A stretch of DNA of 64,000 nt from Naegleria gruberi (lineage: Eukaryota): the NCBI GenBank assembly GCA_000004985.1, contig GG738856.1; one strand, given 5' to 3'. This document shows, piece by piece, positions 11,754-23,779 of the stretch. Position 1 is the first letter of the stretch, and the number at the start of each line of letters is the position of its first letter. The translations under genes were made by a program, and so were the position numbers. A model generated the notes under the pieces. The model was not told the DNA's origin. It did not search any database and saw nothing but the letters and a program-made list of their open reading frames with translations.

Positions 11754-12139
11754 GGGTAAATTGATTTTCCTGCTTGGCTTGTGGTGAGAAGAAGGATGTT
11801 CCTCTTTTTTTAATTAATTCTTGTTGGGGGATGATATTTCAATTATTATTTGGTTTATTGTTTTTTCTGTTAATGAGACAATGGTTGCTGTAGTTCAAAT
11901 AATAAGATTTCCATTTTCTTGGTTTAGTCTCATTTTGATTTTGGATAAAGATGACAATCATTAAAAAGCTTTAAATTTCCCAATAGGAATAGCGTTCAAT
12001 CTGAAGGCGTGTAATATATCACTATCCGAAGCAAATAATCATAATATTACCAATAGTAAAGATGTAATAAATTTTCAATAAACAAAATTAAAGAAATTAA
12101 TGATTATATTAATTAGCGAACAGGTATTAATTTAAAAAA

Positions 12140-13873
12140 ATGTACGGAACAAGAAGTGTTGTTGGAAAGTGTGTTACTTCAGGGCTCTTCTCAAAGAAAT
12201 ACTCATCACCAATTTGGATGAATGTAAAAACATTATCATGTGGAAAGGGATTTAAAACACATTCTTTTTTGAGTGATAAATCTAATCATGAACATACTAG
12301 TGTGAGCTCCGATGAAGAATATTTGCAAATGAGAAAGGAAGAATTAAAGCAATTTCAACAAAAGTATCCGAATGTATTGCCAACACTTTATCCAAATCAT
12401 TTTGCTTTAACTAGTAACATTAAAGAGTACAAGGAAAAATATGATTATCTTCAACCTAGTGAAAAATTGAAGGATGTTGAGGAATGTATTGCTGGAAGAA
12501 TTATCAGTAAGAGAAAGGCAAGCTCTAAACTTTTTTTCTATACAATTAGAACTAATAATGATCATTCCCTTCATCAAGTTCAAATTATGACTGGCTCCGA
12601 ATATTATGATGAAAGTAATAGAACTACTGATGAAACCAATTTCTCTCTAATTAATACCATCCTAAGAAAAGGTGACATTATAGGAATTAAAGGATTTCCA
12701 GCCAAATCCGGCAAGGGTGAATTGAGTATTATTCCAAAACAAATTACATTACTCAGCCCATGCTTGCATCAACTTCCTCACAAGGTTTCTTACTCCGAAG
12801 GCACTTCCCTTGATGATATTGAAAAGAGATTTAGATATAGATATTTGGATTTATTAACAAATCACGAAGAGCTTTACAATATATTTTTAATTAGAAATAA
12901 GACTATGAGTTTTATCAGAAACTTTTTTACCAATAAGGGTTTCCTCGAAGTTGAAACTCCTATTCTCAGTGAAAAGAGTGGTGGCGCCAACGCTAAACCT
13001 TTCGAAACTCATTTGAATGCCCTCGATATGGATTTAAAGTTGAGAATTGCCCCAGAATTATACTTGAAACAATTAGTTATTGGTGGTATGGACAGAGTGT
13101 TTGAATTGAGTAAAGTTTTTAGAAATGAAGGAATGGATTCTACACACAATCCTGAATTCACCAGCTGTGAAGCTTATCAAGCATTTGCTGATTATAATGA
13201 AATGATGGATATGACTGAAGAGTTTTTCAGACAAATTGTTACAGAAATCAATGGCTCACCTATTCTCAAAGTTGATGATATCGGAGAGATTGACTTTAGT
13301 AAGCCTTTCAGACGTGTTTCTTTTATTGATTCGATTGAGGAACATATTAAGGAAAAACTTCCATTGCCTACTGACCCAGACGCAGTCAACAAATTATTAG
13401 ATATCTGCAAGAAACACAAGGTTAAATATTCAACAGAAAAAGTTAATTATGGATACCTGTTAGACAAGTTGCTTGGTACCTTTGTTGAGCCTGAATGTGT
13501 TCAACCAACATTTATCATGGACCATCCTGTTGATTTGAGTCCACTTTCTAAATCTCACAGAGATAGTTCACTTATCACTGAAAGATTTGAACTTTTCATT
13601 GGAACAAAGGAATTGTGTAATGCCTACACTGAATTGAACGATCCAGAAGATCAAAGAGAAAGATTCAGAAAACAACAAGAAAAGAAGAAGCAAGACGATG
13701 AAGCACATGAAAATGATGAAGCTTTCTGTAAAGCTCTCGAATATGGATTGCCTCCTACAGGTGGTTGGGGTATTGGTGTTGATAGACTGGTAATGCTCTT
13801 GTCTAATCAAAAATCAATCAGAGATGTCTTGTTATTCCCAATGCTCAAGCCAAAGAATGTTTCAAAGGATTAA
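12140..13873 (+). CDS. lysyl-tRNA synthetase (class II), N-terminal extension suggests organellar/dual targeting
   Basis: Class-II motifs including FRNEGMDSTHNPEFTSCEAYQAFADY and the C-terminal GLPPTGGWGIGVDRLVMLL. Confidence 0.9.
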   Translation: MYGTRSVVGKCVTSGLFSKKYSSPIWMNVKTLSCGKGFKTHSFLSDKSNHEHTSVSSDEEYLQMRKEELKQFQQKYPNVLPTLYPNHFALTSNIKEYKEKYDYLQPSEKLKDVEECIAGRIISKRKASSKLFFYTIRTNNDHSLHQVQIMTGSEYYDESNRTTDETNFSLINTILRKGDIIGIKGFPAKSGKGELSIIPKQITLLSPCLHQLPHKVSYSEGTSLDDIEKRFRYRYLDLLTNHEELYNIFLIRNKTMSFIRNFFTNKGFLEVETPILSEKSGGANAKPFETHLNALDMDLKLRIAPELYLKQLVIGGMDRVFELSKVFRNEGMDSTHNPEFTSCEAYQAFADYNEMMDMTEEFFRQIVTEINGSPILKVDDIGEIDFSKPFRRVSFIDSIEEHIKEKLPLPTDPDAVNKLLDICKKHKVKYSTEKVNYGYLLDKLLGTFVEPECVQPTFIMDHPVDLSPLSKSHRDSSLITERFELFIGTKELCNAYTELNDPEDQRERFRKQQEKKKQDDEAHENDEAFCKALEYGLPPTGGWGIGVDRLVMLLSNQKSIRDVLLFPMLKPKNVSKD

Positions 13874-13959
13874 ATTATTATTTATTTCAACTTCCAACTT
13901 TCATATATTCTTGTATCAATAATTGTGTAGAAATTACAAGATTTGTAAAGTTAAAAAAA

Positions 13960-15042
13960 ATGAAACTAGAAACCCTTGCGTACATTTTGCACGAGTTGTG
14001 GGAACATTTTCTGTTAATACCCTGGTTTCTTCTCCTCACGCTCCGATATTCACTTTATTATTTTAATAATAATAGTGTTATTGGAAGATTTATTAACACA
14101 ACATCCCGATACTTTTTCAAAGATGTTAAATACGGAAAAGAGGAGAGCAATGTAATGGACATTTTTCCAGCCAAATCAGTAAAAATTGAAGATGGAAAAC
14201 ATAGAGTGTTATTATTTATTCATGGTGGTGGATGGGCATCAGGTAGGTTAATTGTTTGTCACACTCAAAATACAAATTGAATAGGAAATAAGCATATTTA
14301 TCATTATTTAGGAAAAAGGTAATTTTAAAATTGAATTTATTCTAAACTATTTCAAAGCTTGTCACAAAAATTCGAGGATTCTACAATAATTATCTGTAAT
14401 TACAGACTATGCCCAAAAGCATTCATTGAGGATCAAATGTGTGACATTAAAAAGTGTATTGAGTGGATTTATTCAGATTTGAATAATTATTTATTATCAA
14501 ACAACCTCTCACACTTATCAGATATAGCCAATACAGATATTGAGCTGACAGCATGTGGGCATTCAGCTGGTGGACATATTGTTTTAACAAGTATTTTGGA
14601 CGATCCATCTTTTGCAAAATACATCAAAAATCTCATTTGTCTTGCTGCAGTTTATGATTTGGAATCACAATATGAAAAAGAAAAGACTAGAGGAGTTGAA
14701 AAGATATCAGGTCTGTACAGAGTAATGAGAGGCGACTTGACCAAATATGCTCCTGTTGCAATATTGAAAAAGTCATCTCCCTTAGTACTCGAACAAATTC
14801 TCAACAATAACCCAGACCTTAGAATATCCATTCTTCATGGTCAAGAAGATACCACTGTAGATTTGTCATTTATACATGAATTTACTGATTTGTATCAGAA
14901 TTCTGAGTGTAGAAAGTGCCATTTTGCAAAGATCATTTTAGATGGTTTTAACCATACTGATTTTGTCAAACCCCTTATGAATATTAATTACCCACACAAA
15001 AAGGATCGCCTTTTGGATTTGCTCTCCTCAATAATACTGTAA
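13960..15042 (+). CDS. alpha/beta-hydrolase fold-3 esterase (arylacetamide deacetylase/carboxylesterase-like), 2 exons, intron approx 14243/14247..14357
   Basis: N-terminal hydrophobic anchor, HGGGWASG oxyanion motif, NYRLCPKA and GHSAGG nucleophile elbow, matching the AADAC family order HGGGW...NYRLAPK...GDSAGG. Both ORF pieces are in the same frame. No canonical GT..AG pair gives a clean phase, so the junction is approximate. Confidence 0.55.
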
Positions 15043-15737
15043 ACCATTGAGAAATTGTAACCTTAGAGTAATAACACTTGAAGAGGAGTGTTTGTTTGCA
15101 AATGATTATTGTGTGTTACTCTAGAGTTGAATAAAAGATATTTTCCCTCTATTTCAAATCTTAATATGAAAATTCCGAACACAACGGGTCACTTTAGGTC
15201 TCTACTATACCACATGTTGTTGAGGATGATGAAATTAAACAAGGATTTGCAAGCACACAGCTTTTACATCTTCCCGATGAACTCAGAGTTATCGTAATCT
15301 ACATGATTCAACACAATCCAAGTGCGCCCACCAACAAGGATGATTGTTGTTGATTTTAAAAAAAATAAGGCGAATTATTGCTCTGTTGTGTTTTCTTACC
15401 ATCATCACCCTCTGAATAAATATCCGAGAGTATCTAAACCCCAATACACAAAGAAGAACTTATCATCAGTGTTACTTCTGAAAACAATATTTTGGATAGT
15501 TATAAACTAGTCTGATTATTCTCTGGTGATGAGTAAGGAGTTTTCTGAATTTATGACCAATAGTTCGAAAAGAGAAAGCAAAAGACATTTACTTGTCAGC
15601 ACTTCACCAACTATTGAACTTTCAGGAAATGATCTTCAAGAAACAAACAATATCGTAACTAGTGATGGTAGGATCTTTTTCATTTCTTCATTAATTAATC
15701 ATCCTTCTAAATAGACACTGTTACGTATGAAACAATC

Positions 15738-18700
15738 ATGGCAAAGTATACAGTTTCAGAAAAAGCTGCTACTGTAGAAGATAAAGATGCCATGACATCA
15801 CAAAAGGATCTTGATGAAATACATACAATGATCTATTGCAAACCATTGAAATTGAATTGGTTTCTATTAATTTTATATTATATTTTAGTGATTTGTTCAT
15901 TAGGATTATTACTTTTACTTTCAAGATGGTTTGAATGGTTAAAAACAAGAATGACACACTTGGAGTGCTCCAATGAAGAAGCACAAATGGTATTGATCAA
16001 GGTAAGTGGATAATATATCGGAATTAGTGTCACAACTGTCTATAGAGTGCCACTGGTGCTTTAACTGCCTGCCCTGTTCAAAAACACTTCATAGGAAATT
16101 ATAGTTCTAGCACATCATTTGTTTCCAGTATCAATATTTTTACTTACAGATTTGTCAAATATATCTATGATACTGATTCCGATAAATTTAGAAGATTACA
16201 ATTCAATACAGCTGTTCCATACACTACTGTTCATTCTGAATTTTCTACAGGACTTACATCACAAGCAAGAGTTTTGAGAAATATTTTATTTGGAAAGAAT
16301 TTGATTGAAATTCCTGTGAAGAATATTGTTTCATTGTTATTGGATGAAGTTTTGCACCCTTTCTATATTTTCCAAATTATTTCTGTAACTATTTGGTTAG
16401 CTGACGAATATTGGTCATACTCTGCCTGTATTATTGTTTCAGCTGTTGTATCAATTATTTTCAGTTTAATTGAAACTAAAAGAAATTTGACTAAATTGAG
16501 AGATATGGCCCACTATGCATGTGATTTAACTAGATATTCTAAACAAGGAGAAAAACAAGTTGTCTCATCCGAACAACTTGTACCAGGTGATGTAATTGAA
16601 TTAACAGATGGTATTCTGTTACCATGTGACGTTCTCCTTCTCTCTGGTCAATGTATTATGAACGAAGCCATGCTTACAGGAGAAAGTATTCCAATTGTTA
16701 AAACTCCACTGCCTAATGAAGGATCCACTAACTATTCTGTAGATGCTGACAAATCCTTTACCCTTTATTCGGGCACTCAAATTATGCAAATTCGTAAAAT
16801 TGGAGATGAGAAAGTCAAAGGTGTTGTTTGTAGAACTGGTTTTGATACGGCCAAAGGAAAATTAATTTTATCAATTCTTTTCCCAAAGCCATCCTCATTC
16901 AAGTTTTACAGAGATTCTCTCAATTTCGTTGGTTGCATGTTCGCTATTGGTTTGATTGGTATTGCTTATGCTATTATCAAACTTGCTGTCTCTGGAGTTC
17001 CTTGGGACAACATTATTCTCAGAGCTCTCGATGTTATCACTATTACTGTTCCGCCTGCCCTACCTGTGGCTATGACAACTGGTATGTCTTTTGCAGTGGC
17101 TAGACTTAAGAAAACCAAAATATTTTGCATTTCTCCTAACAGAGTTAATGTTGCTGGTATGATTAAGTTGATGTGCTTTGATAAGACTGGAACAATTACC
17201 ACAGAAGGCTTAGATCTTTATGGTGTTCACCCATTGGAGGATGCTGAATTTTCTGACATGATTGTTGAGGAATCAGTTACTGAAGCATTTAAGGATGTTA
17301 AAAATTTGAGCGAAAAGAAAAAGATGTTGCTTTACTCAATGGCATCATGTCATGCCTTGACCTATGTTAACTTTGAATTAGTCGGTGACCCTCTTGAAGT
17401 TAAAATTTTTGAAGCAACCCAATGGAAACTAAAGGAACCACAAGCTTCAGACTACATGTTTGAGACTCCAATTCCTACTGTTGTTCATCCACCTCATCAC
17501 AATCACCACAAGACAGAATTGACAGAATTGGAAGTTCAAAATATCGATATTACTAGTCTTCCATTTGAGCTTGGCATTCTTAAAAAGTTTGAATTTAAAT
17601 CATCATTACAAAGAATGTCAGTAATTATGAGAAATCTCCAAGAAGAAAAAACTTATGCCCTCGTTAAAGGCTCACCAGAAATGATGCAAAAATTATGCGT
17701 TCCTGAATCAATGCCAGCTGACTTCTCAAAAGTTCTTTACGAATATGCCCACAAAGGTTTCCGTGTTATTGCTTTTGGTTATAAGGAATTGGATCAACCA
17801 TGGAAAAATCTTCAAAGAGCATCAAGAGAAGAAATTGAAAGTGATTTGACATTCATTGGTTTTGTTTGTATGCAAAACAAAATGAAACCAGACTCTAAGA
17901 AGGTTATTACCTCTCTCAATGAAGCTGGTATCAAAAGTGTCATGGTAACTGGTGACAATCCATTTACTGCCATCTCTGTTTCTAGACAATGTGGAATTGC
18001 CAAACCTGCTGGTAAAGTTTATTTGGGTGAACTTAAGGAATCTCACTATGGTGCATCATCTAATCAACATTATATTGACTGGAAGAATGTAGATGGTGAG
18101 GACAGATTAGATCCTGACAGTCTTACACCAATAGACACCAATGACTATGCTCCTTACGAATTGGCAATCACTGGTGGAGTTTTTGAACGACTTGTTAAGG
18201 ACCATACTTTAAAGATTGAATTATCTGGAAGTACTACATATGTAAATATCGATTCTCCATCTCTGCTTCACAGAGTTTTACTTGGATGTAAGATATTTGC
18301 TAGATTCACTCCTGACCAAAAGATGAGACTTGTTGAAGAATATCAAAAACTTGAATACTTTGTTGGTATGTGTGGAGATGGTGCCAACGATGCTGGTGCT
18401 TTGAAAGCTGCTCATGTTGGTATTTCATTGAGTGAGGCTGAAGCTTCCATTGCTGCTCCATTTACAAGTTTGAAACCGACAATTGCTTGTGTTCCAAAGG
18501 TCATCAAAGAAGGAAAAGCTGCATTGGCTACTAGTTTCCAAATGTTCAAATTTATGATGGTTTACAGTTTGATACAATTCTTTACTGTCATCCTCTTGTA
18601 TGATATCAATAGTAATCTTGGTGATAATCAATTTTTATGGGTTGATGGTGTTGTCATCTTTACTATGGCCCTTCTCATGGGTAGAACTGGTTCAAATAAG

Positions 18701-19430
18701 AAACTTGTTAGAGATAAGCCTTCTGCCTCATTGGTATCTCGTGAAGTCTTTTTTTCCATGGGATTCCAAATTCTTATTACCGTAATTAGTCAAATTATTA
18801 TTTGGAATAATATCAAAGTTCAAGGATTTTTCACTCCTCTTGATCCTGAACCAGAAACCAAAAAGAATATCAGATGTTATGAAACCACTGCCATGTTCTT
18901 GCTTTCTACATTCTTTACATATAATGCTGGTTTGTCATACAGTATTTCCAAACCATTCAAGAAACCTGTTTATAGAAATAGTAAGTATTTAAAGAAATAT
19001 TTTGAATTTTTTAACAATTAATTTAGAGCTCTACTTTGGACTTTTGGTTTTACTTTTTGGCATTCTCACCTACTGTTTCCTGATGCCTGACTATTATTTG
19101 AGTTGGTTCTTGTATATTAGAAGTATGCCAGTATACTATCGTTTCATTCTCTTTGGTGTCGCATTAATTCACATGGCCATCAGTTATAGCTTTGAAAGAT
19201 TCTTCATTCTTGGACCAGGTGTGAAGTGGTTGAGAGTGTTTTCAATCCGTCCTTTGAAACGTCTCTATTATTATTTGAGAGGACGTAACACAAGAATCTC
19301 CAAGAAGAGAAGACTCTATTCTAAATTGAAAGAAGCAATCAATGAAAGAGGAAGAACATTTGCCTCCACATTCTCTGAAAAGGATAGCTTCACTCAAACT
19401 AAGAGTTTTGGAGGTGTAGAATTAGTTTAA
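15738..19430 (+). CDS. P5B-type P-type ATPase (ATP13A2/Ypk9-like), 3 exons join(15738..16001,16046..18980,19027..19430)
   Basis: DKTGTITT phosphorylation motif, PPALP motif (P5B signature), TGDNP and GDGANDAGALK. N-terminal exon (MAKYTVSEK...TM hairpin) joins by a 44-nt GTAAGT..TAG intron in phase 0. C-terminal TM exon joins via GTAAGT at 18981. Confidence 0.8.
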
Positions 19431-19523
19431 AATTCTCAAATATTTGAAGTATTCCAATAAAATTCGTGTTTTCTTTACAAAATATTCTAAATACCATTTT
19501 GCCGCCTTCCTGTTTTCTCTTGA

Positions 19524-20274
19524 TTGAAAAAAATGAGTCAACAAAGAGTTAAAGACGAAAAGCCTTCCACAACAAGTGTGAGAGCAAATTTTGTTCGGGT
19601 TTCCGATTTGCAGAAAAATGGAGGCTCTGGAATTGATTATAAGAATTTATTTGGTCACAAGAAGACTGCATCCTCTTCTTCATCATCTTCCGTAAAAGCC
19701 TCTTCTTCATCAATTGAAAAAAAGAAGCCTTCCCGATCATCAACAAGTAGTACAACAACATCAAAAACAGAAAAGAAAAAAGCACCCGTTAAAAGAAAAT
19801 ATAAATCTAGAAATTCTGAACCTGTCAAAAAGGTTGAAAAAGGTGACAAACTCAAATGGATAACAAGAAAAGGAAAGAAATATGTATCTTATAATGGAAA
19901 GAAATATAGTGGAAAAAAAGGTATAGTTAAATTGTTATACATTCTCATTAAATCATTAAGCTTTTCAAATTTACAAAGAGTGGAAGGAAGTAAATGGAGA
20001 AGCATCAGATGAATCAGACAATGAGCAATCAGATGAAGAATATGTTCCGCCAAAGAAAAAGACTAAAAAGGAACCAAAAGAAAAGAAAGTTGAAGAAACT
20101 AAACCAAAACTCAAATTAAAAAAGAAAGAAATTGACTCTCAAGCAATTACCATTGATAAATTCTTTAAAAAAGAGGCTAAAGTGGAAACAATTGAAATTG
20201 AATCGGAAGACGAAATTGAATCATTCAGTACTGGAGATGAATTTGAGGATGATGTTGTGGAAATCATTGACTAA
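19524..20274 (+). CDS. lysine/serine-rich then acidic low-complexity protein (hypothetical, nuclear-like), 2 exons join(19524..19920,19979..20274)
   Basis: ORF 19524.. followed by GTATAG donor at 19921 and AG acceptor at 19977-78, phase-1 consistent. Acidic tail to stop at 20272-74. Confidence 0.4.
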
Positions 20275-20285
20275 TTTATTATTGA

Positions 20286-21777
20286 TTAAGAAATAACTCT
20301 TTCATTTCTTAATATCTGTAGTATTGCTTGCTTTGTCTCCTTATAATCTATTAGATTCATAACAAGGGTCTTCTTGTAAGATATTGTTGGAGGTATATGA
20401 GATAGATACATATTTTGGATGTATTGTATTGACTTTTGAACAATCCATCCTCTATTTTTGTAATACACTTTGAATATATTGTTTTCTTCATCAATAGAAT
20501 CAAGCTGATTTCTTGTCATTTCTTCAAATGTTTTCATAGCAAATCTATAGCTAATATGTGGGTGGTGATATTTACACAAATTGTACCAAACATTTTCTCT
20601 ATTTGCTGCTTTGTTGAATTGCTTACATGATTGCATGACTGAAAACAAATCATATGGATTCAAAAACTTGAAAATTTCTGAGAGCATGTCTTCATTCATG
20701 TTGGTTGAAGGAATTTGATTGACTTCTATTGAAGAGTTATTTGATTTTCCAAAATTAATGAATGGTTTGATTGGTTCAACACCCTCTATCATGAATCCAT
20801 TTAAAATCTTGCTTTCCAATAAGTCTACCTTGCTAAATATTATATACAATGGTATGTTAGAGGGGAAATTCCCATCAGATATTGTTTTCTTGAAGCAGCT
20901 CAATGAATCTGTCAATCTATTCAATGAATCATCTTTAAACTATTAACTTTGAAATTTGAATTAATTTACCAACCTTCAAAACAAAACTGATTAAATTCTG
21001 ATAATGAAATAACATAAATTAAACATCCCAACTTGTGTTCAAATATATATTTCCACTCTTTCCAAGATTTAAATATTCAATTTTGAATTCATAATGCACT
21101 TACTTTTCCTTCCACACCTCTGACCTTCAGAATCAAGAATAACCACAGTTCGATTCTCAACTAAGTTCGACTTGATTATGTATTCAGGTATTCCAGTTGT
21201 CTGTTAAGATACATTCTTCAATAACTATTGAAATCAACTGAAACTTACCATCCAATATGATTCCAAATCTTCCTGTAATCCAATATCAAGATTTTGAATA
21301 GAATCCACTTTTCTCAATAGACTTTCAAAATTTTCCAAAGGAAACTGATATCTGTGACGATTACTATATGCCAAGTGAATGTTGGGAGTGGTAAAGAATG
21401 GAATGAATTTCCTTATTGCCTCATAATCCGAATCGATATTATTACTAAGATATTGATTATCCAACTCTGTATTTAAAATACTAGCCATAGCATTCTTCAT
21501 CATGTAATATAGTATCCGCCTTAATTCTTCTCTATCAAACTCTGTTAGCGAGTACTTGTTCAATGCTGATTTGAAATTTTTCACAAGTGTACTTTTACCA
21601 CCTTCCCCTAATAAACGTTTAGAGAATTATCACTTAATCGAACAACCTACCAGTCCCAATTATTCCCACACAAAACGGATTCATTTCTACTCTGTTTACT
21701 TCATCAATAACGTCATTATCGCTCATTGACGAAGAATCATCATTATCAAATGATGATGAAGAGTTATGTTGACCCAT
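20286..21777 (-). CDS. G-protein alpha-subunit-like domain fused to C-terminal F-box, 5 exons complement(join(20286..20932,20974..21057,21104..21200,21249..21607,21651..21777))
   Basis: MGQHNS N-terminus (MGxxxS myristoylation consensus). P-loop GTGGEGGKST. Helical-domain-length insert. TTGIPEY (switch I without the Arg finger) and DSEGQRCGRK in place of DVGGQRSERKKW. WKYIFEHKLGCLIYVISLSEFN matches [63 protein letters not shown] matches [39 protein letters not shown]. The F-box follows (MLSEIFKFLNPYDLFSVMQSCKQFNKAANRENVWYNLC). All four introns are 41-48 nt with GT..AG and consistent phases. Confidence 0.7.
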
Positions 21778-21857
21778 TTTGTTTTAAAAATGTATTTTAA
21801 GGTTTGTTATTTGAATAAAATACCTTAATTTTTTATTTAGTGTTTCCGTAAAGAGAT

Positions 21858-23453
21858 TTAAAGAGTCAATTGGCTACCTTCAATCTTTGCCTTTTGATAT
21901 TTGGTACTAACCCATCCATCTTGGTTAGTTTCAAATCCAACATGGCCTATGTCTTGCCATTTTCCATTAGCAACCAAAGGTCCCTTAATTTGGAGAGTAC
22001 CGTCAACAATCTTAACTTCAGTATTGTCAACAAGTTGTCCGTTAATTGTCAAAACTCCTGATGATTCTTCTAATCCAGAAACAACCAAAGTGTTTGTGAC
22101 TTGTGGTAACTTTTGTTTAATCAAAGCAAGAGCAGTAGTAGAATCAAATCCAAGAGGAGCACAAATAACAACATTCTTCAAATCATCATAAGTATTCTTT
22201 GAGAAATCAGCATGATTCAATAAATCATCCAAATCTTGTGGTTCAGTGAAGAGAGTAGTACACTTTTCCTTTGACAAGAGAGAAAGTGTAGTAGCAATAT
22301 TGTATTCTTCAGATGGATAAACAATAACACCACCAGAAACAAAGGAGGCAAAGTTGCCCAAAATAGCTCCGGATGGAGTTGTAGAGTATTTTGGAACCAT
22401 AACACGGTCACCTTGTTTCAAGTTAAGAGCCTTAGCAACTGTAGAACCAGCGTTGAGGAGATTCTTGTGTGAATAAACAGTGGTGGTAGCCTTGTCTGGA
22501 TTCTTGTCATTAAATAAAATCAAACTTGGGTTATTTGGTTCCAATTCCATAGCAATTCTACGGAGAGGAGATTCATAGTATCCAAATGGACCATAAACCA
22601 AAACATCCTTCAATTGATAAGTTCCTTCTTTTGGCTTTTCCTTGATATCAGTGAAAAGAATTTGTTTACAGAATGGGAACTTTTTAGACTTGAATGGAAG
22701 ATGTAATTCTGACAAACTTAATTCTGGAACAACTTCTCTGATCATTTTGTAGTAGTTTCTGTTTCCGATCTTTGTAGATGATACCAAAACTCTTGGTCTA
22801 ACTAATTCCATGAATCGACTAGTTTATGTTAATGATATCATATCAACAACAATAACACTTACGTCATATCTTTGGCTGTTTTAATTTCTGGGAGAGGAAC
22901 CAAGATAGCACCAATCTTTGCACAAGCAAGGAGAGTAACAAGTTGTTCGGCGTTCATTCCTTGATTCAAAGCCAATCTATCACCAGGTCTAAGACCCATT
23001 TCAGTTAATCCACAAGCCAAAGCTTCCACATGTTTCTGAATTATAATAAATTTGTTAATTTTCTACTATTTAAATTTTCATCAATACTCACTTTAAGAGT
23101 AGAATATGACCAGTTGACGTTTTGGTGAGTACACTTCAAAGCATTGGCGTGAGGCATTTCTCTGGCATTTTGTGAGAGTTGGTATCCAATTGTAGTGTTG
23201 ATTTGTTGAGACTCAGCTCCCTTCAAATAAGTGGAAGCGAATCTTGTTTGTGCTGTAAATCCTCTATTTTTGTTGTTTTAATAATTATTCATCATGATGA
23301 TAATAGTAAAAATAATAATATAAATATTCAAATATTTTCGCTTTTAAACATACATCAAAGGGATATAGTCTAAATAATAAAGGTTAATAAAGAATAAAAT
23401 AAACACGGAAGATACGAACGCTTTTGAAGGTTTTTGGCGACTCTTGTAAGCAT
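21858..23453 (-). CDS. acyl-CoA synthetase family member 2 (ACSF2)-like AMP-binding enzyme, 4 exons complement(join(21858..22818,22863..23035,23092..23263,23407..23453))
   Basis: RGFTAQTRFASTYLKG...LACGLTEMGLRPGDRLAL...AKIGAILVPL AMP-binding N-terminal blocks, then NRNYYKMIREVVPELS... and C-terminal GWVSTKY. Putative first exon encodes presequence-like MLTRVAKNLQKRSYLP (143-nt intron). The 5' exon assignment is the least certain. Confidence 0.65.
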
Positions 23454-23779
23454 TTTTTATGGTGTTTAAAATCGTTTACTTTTTTACAATCCAACTTGCT
23501 CCAGTCATTTTATCAATATTAAGTTTGTTAACAATAAGAAATATTAAATACTTTTCATTCTCTGTTAATACCAAGTAAATACTATTCTCTTGCTATCCAA
23601 TATCTCATGTTGTATTCAACAAATAATTGGTGGTCGAGTTTGGATGTTATGACCGCTACTTTGGTTTCTTCCTGGCTCTTGTTGAATCCCAACAAACAAC
23701 CGTTAAAAAATATTGAGAGTCAAAAGTTGTCGACTCGAGCGCGAACAACACGCAAGAAAAACACAGGGAAAAAATAGCA

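Noticed and set aside
15109-15714. Three 62-aa + strand ORFs in the esterase / P5B-ATPase intergenic region
   Set aside because: Short, no motifs, AT-rich spacer-like composition. Likely UTR or promoter of the ATPase gene.
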